A stretch of DNA of 64,000 bases from a virus, in IMG/VR virus record IMGVR_UViG_3300026518_000007, positions 4,253 through 68,252 of that record; one strand, 5' to 3'. Under the pieces are notes generated by a model that did not search any database, was not told where the DNA came from, and was given only the letters and a program-made list of their open reading frames with translations. The position numbers and the translations under genes were made by a program. Positions 58,367-64,000 of this stretch are shown here, piece after piece. How positions within the stretch are numbered: the first letter of the stretch is position 1; the number at the start of each line of letters is the position of its first letter.

Positions 58367-59836
58367 ATGTTAACACAAGGCATCGAAAGCATTAATACAC
58401 AAACAAATACTAAATTTATATTAAGACTAAATAAAGAAGCTACAGAACTTTTTGATGAGATTAGATTAACGCTACCTGATATAGTAGGAACTAATTTCGA
58501 TAGTAAGAAAACATATAAAGAGTATGAGCATTATAAAGCAACTATGAAGGTAGATATGATATCTAAGAGATTAACTAAGATAAGTGAAATACTTAAAGAT
58601 AGATTTGGTCTTAACGTAAATATAGAAAATTCTAAAAGAAATCTTAATAGTATAACATATTTAGTAACACCTCCAATGAACTATAAAGTAATTAATATGG
58701 CTATGGATAACTTAGATAGTCTTTTTCCTAAAAAAAGAGCTAATAATATAATATGGGAGACTCTAGCTACTAAAGCAGAACAAAATAGTTATAATACTTT
58801 AAATAATTTAAAAACAGCTATATCAGAAGGTAAGTTTAAATTAGATTTTAAAAGAGCATATGTTACTGGTTTAGAAAGTTCTATTTTTACTATAAGAACA
58901 GATGTATTAGCCGCTACTGTTGTTAATCTTAATCCTGATGAATTTATTTCATTATTATTAAAAGAGATAGGTTATCTATTTTCTTATTTAGAATATATGT
59001 ATACTAGTACTAGAAATACATTAAGTCTATTAGATAATTTTATAACAGAGAAATTCTCTAAGAATAAGAATCCAATAGAGAGCTTATCTATAGCTTTAAA
59101 GAAATCAGGAACAGATACTGAGAGCGATACGGCTATAGGAGTATTAGAAGAGTTAGATGTATTTATATTAAAAACATATAGGATAGATAAGAATAAGAAC
59201 TCTGTTAAATTAGATTTACAACAAGAGTCAGATAAGTTTGTAGTTAAATTAGGATTAGCGGATACATTATCATCAGCGCTAGTTAAGATTTCTACACTAG
59301 GTACTATACGACCTAATGATACTAATTATAAAGAGATAGATAATCCTATATTAACTTTCTTATATACAGTAGTAGGATTAATAGTATTTGCTATATCGGT
59401 AGCTATATTTTCTATATTCGGTATTCTAATTTTACTATTAGTAGCTGGTGTTAAAATAGTTAGTTTCTTTTTTAGTTATTTAGCTAAGATGGTATTAACT
59501 ATCTTTAATAGAATATTTAATAATGACATAGACCAAAATATAACCTATAGAGATATAGGTAAGAGGCTTAAGAAAATAAAATTACAACTTATAAAAGAGT
59601 TACGTAGTGATGATTTAGAGAACGAAGATAAGAAATATATAATGGAACAAATAGATAACGTAAATAAGTCTATATCATTAATAGATGAACGTTTTTCTAT
59701 ATTAGGAAGATATGGTGATTCAACATTATCACTTAACTCTACACATTATGAAGAGGTCATTAATGATAGACTTGAAAACTTAGAAGATAATGAACTTTAT
59801 CTTTTAACTGAAAAATTTAAAAATATAAGGAATTAA
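58367..59836 (+). CDS. phiKZ-like head protein, HExxH-degenerate paralog of 10960-13050
   Basis: EFISLLLKEIGYLF vs EFIAIILHEVGHIF, ESDKF, TM block, RLKKIK..IK, E.NELY..KFKN; ATG 58367 behind AAGGAG. Confidence 0.7.
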   Translation: MLTQGIESINTQTNTKFILRLNKEATELFDEIRLTLPDIVGTNFDSKKTYKEYEHYKATMKVDMISKRLTKISEILKDRFGLNVNIENSKRNLNSITYLVTPPMNYKVINMAMDNLDSLFPKKRANNIIWETLATKAEQNSYNTLNNLKTAISEGKFKLDFKRAYVTGLESSIFTIRTDVLAATVVNLNPDEFISLLLKEIGYLFSYLEYMYTSTRNTLSLLDNFITEKFSKNKNPIESLSIALKKSGTDTESDTAIGVLEELDVFILKTYRIDKNKNSVKLDLQQESDKFVVKLGLADTLSSALVKISTLGTIRPNDTNYKEIDNPILTFLYTVVGLIVFAISVAIFSIFGILILLLVAGVKIVSFFFSYLAKMVLTIFNRIFNNDIDQNITYRDIGKRLKKIKLQLIKELRSDDLENEDKKYIMEQIDNVNKSISLIDERFSILGRYGDSTLSLNSTHYEEVINDRLENLEDNELYLLTEKFKNIRN

Positions 59837-59837
59837 T

Positions 59838-60296
59838 ATGTTAATATATAATAGCATTGATGTAGGTACAGGGTTGAGTCCTGATGAGATGGTTGATATT
59901 CTTTTTAATACACTGGTTCTTCCAGTTAAACGAGAGTATCCTAATTTTGATACTTTAAGACAAGAAGAGAAAGACACTATCATTATAGCTACTGTTGTTA
60001 ACTTCGTAGGTAACAGTGTAGTAAATGTTGAAGATGTTGTAGGTGTTGATAATGGAAGAATAAGAGATTATGTAGCATATGTAGCTAATAATATTCTTAT
60101 CGCATTAAGCGAGTCATTTATTATTAACCATAGTAGATATAAAACTATTGTTAATAACATAGTTGAATCTAAGTTTAATTTTGTTTTAAACACTACTAAT
60201 CCAGTAAATGTACAATTAGGTTTTTATAAAATATTACCTGATGAAATGGCTACTGCGATTAAAGATAATGTCTATATCTATTCAAGTATCATATAG
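59838..60296 (+). CDS. hypothetical protein
   Basis: AAGGA RBS, coupled. Confidence 0.65.
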   Translation: MLIYNSIDVGTGLSPDEMVDILFNTLVLPVKREYPNFDTLRQEEKDTIIIATVVNFVGNSVVNVEDVVGVDNGRIRDYVAYVANNILIALSESFIINHSRYKTIVNNIVESKFNFVLNTTNPVNVQLGFYKILPDEMATAIKDNVYIYSSII

Positions 60297-60329
60297 TATA
60301 AGGATGACTTAAGTCATCCTTATACTATA
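60292..60329. terminator. 38-bp perfect palindrome between convergent genes
   Basis: TATAGTATAAGGATGACTT/AAGTCATCCTTATACTATA. Confidence 0.8.
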
Positions 60330-60335
60330 CTTATT

Positions 60336-63158
60336 TTATATTTTAATTATATTTATAGTTAAGTCAGGTTTAACTACTAAACTACCGTCTGTATATGTTA
60401 CTAATTTTTTATCTATAACGAATTTACTACTATTAACTTCATAATTTATAATATTGATATTATCATCTCTCGTTATATTCTCTATATTAACAGATAGGAT
60501 TTCGTCCCCTATATTTTCAGCTATAGTTTTCTCTATTTCGCTTATAACAGGTTCCCCTAATAAAGATGTTTGTACTATGTTAAATATAGTCTTCTCTATA
60601 TCATCTGTTAATAAGAATGATGTTTCATTATTGATGTATAAATTAACTATAGGTTTAACAAAGTTATCATATGCTATTTTATTATAGTTAATATTTAGCG
60701 TAATAGTATCTAGGTCGTTACTAGGTAAGAATTTAAATATACTATTATCTAGTAAGTTATCATTTATACTAGTTATTTCAGTATCTATGACTTTAGTTAG
60801 TTCTTTAAAGAAATCTACTCTATATGATTTATAAATATCATTATTAGTTCTTAAGAAAGAATCCTCCATTAATAATAAATCTAGATTATGTATAATTCCT
60901 AATGTGTTATCTATTATAGGTTGGTTATCTTCGTCTAATATAATATCGCCTTCTTTATGTAATACTATCTTATTTCCATTATCATCTAGTACAAATTCGC
61001 CTATATTATGTTTTATATCTAAGATTATGTCATCATCTGTACCATCTCCATCAGTATCTATATATGTTATATTAGGTAAACCATTCTCATCTAGGTTATA
61101 AACATTTTCTTTATATGTTAAATAAACATCTTCCGTATATTTCTTAAACTTACGCTCCGTGTATTCTATATAATAATTTTTATAAAGATGTGTTAGATGT
61201 ATACCAAGTGTTCCATCAAACTCTTCCTCATATAGTAATACATTAAAATCATCATCTATGATATTTATGCTATTATAAAGCACAGTATCATTTATAGCTT
61301 GGTCATTACTATATACGTCTAAAAATAATTTACTTTCTAAATCAACAGTAGCTACTTTAACCTCTCCTATATCTGTTCTAAATATTATTTCATCTTTTTC
61401 AGTTATGTAATTATCAGTTTCTAAATCTATTACTAAAGTATAGGTATTATTATTTAATACTAAATCACCTTTAAAATATATAAAGTTATTAGCATTTAAC
61501 GGTATCGATATTTGACATTTTATTTTAGTAGCATCCATACTTAATAACTCATTAGTAGGTAGAAGATTATAAACTATCCTATAGCCAGTTAAAGTTTTTA
61601 TAATGTGTCTACTATTAATAGCTATAGGTGAATTTAATTCATCATTACTAAATCTTCTCTTATAATTACTTATAGTAGGTTGGTTAACGTCATATATTCT
61701 AACATTAAGTGTATCTTTGTAATCTACTATATATTTATATAATGTAAAGAAGTATTTATTTTTATTATATTCTAAAATATCTAGATTTGTTTTAAGGATA
61801 GTAGCTTCATATGTGGTTAAAGGAGTTAGACTACTATCTTCGTTATATTTAAATATTTGAAAAGGTTCTATGACTATGATATTATCATCTATGCTTTTTA
61901 TTTTATCACTATTAATATTAGGTAAATATAGTTTTGTGTTATTATGGAAAACATCAATACTACTATATACATTGTAATCTAGATTACCAATCTCTTTATT
62001 AACTAAGAGTTCGCGTTCTAAAATAGTATTAGAAGCTTTTTTAAATGTGAAACCGCTTTCAGCTACTTTATCTTTAATGTCATAAATGGTAATAGGTACT
62101 TCATTATCGCCTGTACTATAATTTATTATCTTAGTCTTAAGTTCTTCAAAACTTAATTCATCTATACCGCCGAATGTTTTAGTGCTAGCGTTTATTACAT
62201 AGTTTATATTTTTTGTACCTATCATCCGTTCATCAGTAGTACTAGGTAACTCTATAGAGAATACGAAATCTTTACTAACGTATTTATTAATAAAAAGTTC
62301 TATATTACCTTTAGTAGTATATAGCTCTATGTTAATATAGCTATTAACCATCTTATTTAATAGATAGACGCTAGGTATTTCTATATTTAGAATATTATCC
62401 ATAGGTCTAATGATTACCGTAGGTACATTAGGGTTATACATGAAATTACTATAGGTACTATTTAAAGTAAATATGCTATTATTATTATTAACAGATTTAG
62501 TAGTTAGAAAAGTATAGCGCTCATCAGCATCTAATGTCATTGTATTTTCATATGGTTTAGATTGTATAATAGTGTCTTTATAATTGTAGTACTTAATTTG
62601 TTTAACACTTATGTTAAGCATAATCCACTCTAAACCATCGTTATCTGTAACCGTATTACTTTCTATAATGGTATCTTTATTTTCAGCAATAGGTATATCA
62701 TTAGCTATTAGCTTACTGAATATACTATTATTTTTATAAACTCTTACATAAATATCGTTAAGTATCGTAAATACAGTATCAGCTACAGTTATATTAGAAA
62801 ACTTAGGAATAATGATTTCGCTATAAGTTCCTGTATTTTTACCATACAATTCTAAATCTTTTTTATTTATATGTAGATTAAAGAAAGCCTTACTAGGAAC
62901 ACTAAAGATATCTAATATTTCACTAGAGTTTATATGTGGGTATAAATCTTCTTTATTTTTAGCTAAATAAGGATACATTTTTCGCATAGTTATTTTAGTA
63001 TCCTGTAGAGCTGCGCTTGTTACTAAAGCATTATTCTCTAATAAAAATGTAAATGGGTTAGTAGGGTCTGGTAGGTCTATTTCATTATTTAAACCTTTAG
63101 ATAAAAGTTCTAAAGATTTAACCTGTATCATATTTGGGTCATAGATATATTTATTCAT
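60336..63158 (-). CDS. baseplate wedge-like structural protein (phiKZ gp27-like)
   Basis: DPTNPFTFLLE, RKMYP.LA..KEDLY.H, FS.PS, IELYTTKG, GG.DELSFEELK. Confidence 0.8.
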   Translation of the reverse strand: MNKYIYDPNMIQVKSLELLSKGLNNEIDLPDPTNPFTFLLENNALVTSAALQDTKITMRKMYPYLAKNKEDLYPHINSSEILDIFSVPSKAFFNLHINKKDLELYGKNTGTYSEIIIPKFSNITVADTVFTILNDIYVRVYKNNSIFSKLIANDIPIAENKDTIIESNTVTDNDGLEWIMLNISVKQIKYYNYKDTIIQSKPYENTMTLDADERYTFLTTKSVNNNNSIFTLNSTYSNFMYNPNVPTVIIRPMDNILNIEIPSVYLLNKMVNSYINIELYTTKGNIELFINKYVSKDFVFSIELPSTTDERMIGTKNINYVINASTKTFGGIDELSFEELKTKIINYSTGDNEVPITIYDIKDKVAESGFTFKKASNTILERELLVNKEIGNLDYNVYSSIDVFHNNTKLYLPNINSDKIKSIDDNIIVIEPFQIFKYNEDSSLTPLTTYEATILKTNLDILEYNKNKYFFTLYKYIVDYKDTLNVRIYDVNQPTISNYKRRFSNDELNSPIAINSRHIIKTLTGYRIVYNLLPTNELLSMDATKIKCQISIPLNANNFIYFKGDLVLNNNTYTLVIDLETDNYITEKDEIIFRTDIGEVKVATVDLESKLFLDVYSNDQAINDTVLYNSINIIDDDFNVLLYEEEFDGTLGIHLTHLYKNYYIEYTERKFKKYTEDVYLTYKENVYNLDENGLPNITYIDTDGDGTDDDIILDIKHNIGEFVLDDNGNKIVLHKEGDIILDEDNQPIIDNTLGIIHNLDLLLMEDSFLRTNNDIYKSYRVDFFKELTKVIDTEITSINDNLLDNSIFKFLPSNDLDTITLNINYNKIAYDNFVKPIVNLYINNETSFLLTDDIEKTIFNIVQTSLLGEPVISEIEKTIAENIGDEILSVNIENITRDDNINIINYEVNSSKFVIDKKLVTYTDGSLVVKPDLTINIIKI

Positions 63159-63174
63159 ATTTTTCCTTTTAATT

Positions 63175-63999
63175 TCATAATGTTAGAAGAGGGTCTTCGG
63201 TAGACATTTGACTATCACCATCTATAGTTATACCGTTAGCCTCTAGCTCATCTTGTTGCGTACTCATACCTACTGATTCGTTTAAATCATTATTAGGTAT
63301 ACCATTATCTTCCGTATCTGCATTTATTAATCTTTTATAAGTAGGACTATCTTTACTAAGTAACCATTTTAACTCATATGTTTTTAAATCAACTATAGGA
63401 TATCCTCTATTACTTAATACAGGTAAAAGGTCGTATGGTATCTCAATCATGTTACTAGTATTACCTTGTAGATATGCTCTAACTTCTGGATTAAATGCAG
63501 CTACAGTATCGTTAAAGTCTAATAACGTTAAATCATCATTTATTCTAGCTCCCATACATTTAAACGTTATGTTAATCTCTTCAGTTTGTGAAGAGTATGG
63601 TTTATCTACAGATAAGTCGAAGAATTTTCCAACTGGAACAGATGTAGGAAAAGCCGCTCCAGTACATGCCGATTTTTTAATATATCTACCGCTAGTATCC
63701 ATGACAAATCTATAGATTCTAGTATTATAATCAAATTCATTTTCAGTAACCATATCTATATATGGATATAACATACCTTCGAATACTAACGCACTATATT
63801 GCGTCCATGTTTGAAATAATGTAGTTAGTGGTTCATTAATGAAACTTTTAAATGTGGCAGATAAATCAAAGACATCAAATATCTCAAATGTTCCATCTAC
63901 CATAGCTAATTGTTCTTTTCGTAATCCTGAGTTAGAAGTAAATGTAGGTAGAGCTATATCAGGCCATCCTGATAAATTAGTTAATGTATTACTTAATAT
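63175..63999 (-). CDS. baseplate structural protein (phiKZ gp26-like), 5'-partial
   Basis: Frame open to the window edge (LSNTLTNLSGWPD..TS..G..EQ..MVDG); DYNTRIYRFVMD, AAFP. Confidence 0.8.
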   Translation of the reverse strand: MLSNTLTNLSGWPDIALPTFTSNSGLRKEQLAMVDGTFEIFDVFDLSATFKSFINEPLTTLFQTWTQYSALVFEGMLYPYIDMVTENEFDYNTRIYRFVMDTSGRYIKKSACTGAAFPTSVPVGKFFDLSVDKPYSSQTEEINITFKCMGARINDDLTLLDFNDTVAAFNPEVRAYLQGNTSNMIEIPYDLLPVLSNRGYPIVDLKTYELKWLLSKDSPTYKRLINADTEDNGIPNNDLNESVGMSTQQDELEANGITIDGDSQMSTEDPLLTL

Positions 64000-64000
64000 A

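Noticed and set aside
2194-60329. Palindromes as a CRISPR array, REP or MITE family
   Set aside because: Each has a different sequence, occurs singly at a gene end, and has no spacers, transposase or target-site duplication
2350-63715. The many antisense or nested ORFs in the track (e.g. 2350-2838, 11841-12305, 22070-22492, 23954-24526, 29429-29881, 37258-37602)
   Set aside because: They are shadows of motif-bearing genes on the other strand or frame, have S/L/I/F-rich antisense composition, and lack RBSs
1-64000. Stop-codon reassignment (TAG or TGA recoding) suggested by the in-frame stop at 2882
   Set aside because: Conserved genes are intact in code 11. Many genes end in TAG or TGA directly at terminator hairpins (2196, 7699, 14876, 44025, 55086). 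The only anomaly is one TAA
1-64000. tRNA, rRNA, integrase, transposase, homing endonuclease, intein or intron
   Set aside because: No recognisable motifs; the RNAP beta-prime, PolB and UvsX genes appear uninterrupted

Overview
This is a 64-kb segment of a very AT-rich (about one-quarter GC by eye) nucleus-forming jumbo phage genome (phiKZ-like, Chimalliviridae), read in the standard genetic code. Hallmark genes recognised from motifs are chimallin (50563-52374), PhuZ tubulin (13848-14876), a non-virion RNAP beta-prime N subunit, a virion RNAP beta C subunit, a split family-B DNA polymerase, UvsX, RNase H, an SNF2-like helicase, portal, tail sheath and tube, and baseplate/head proteins. Gene order is heavily shuffled relative to phiKZ. 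The first 7.7 kb is accessory: a nuclease, a HAD protein, a SLOG-NADAR-like fusion and a signal-peptide lytic transglycosylase. Three regulatory grammars are visible: a 15-nt early-promoter motif (TATATTAYTAATATG), an NTGAAW motif before later genes, and about 24 long AT-rich hairpins or palindromes with displaced U-tracts at gene ends. Best leads: (1) a head protein fused to a kinase-like domain through a prohead-protease-type G-L-E site; (2) a 205-nt, 49% GC structured RNA candidate upstream of phuZ; (3) a promoter- and terminator-bounded sRNA candidate carrying anti-Shine-Dalgarno motifs; (4) an HTH domain behind a single in-frame TAA; (5) a divergent ThyX/MazG/dNMP-kinase-like set around the polymerase; (6) an origin-like element at 47.5-47.9 kb. 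Family and phiKZ gp assignments come from remembered motifs, not database searches. No tRNA, rRNA, CRISPR array or transposase was found.
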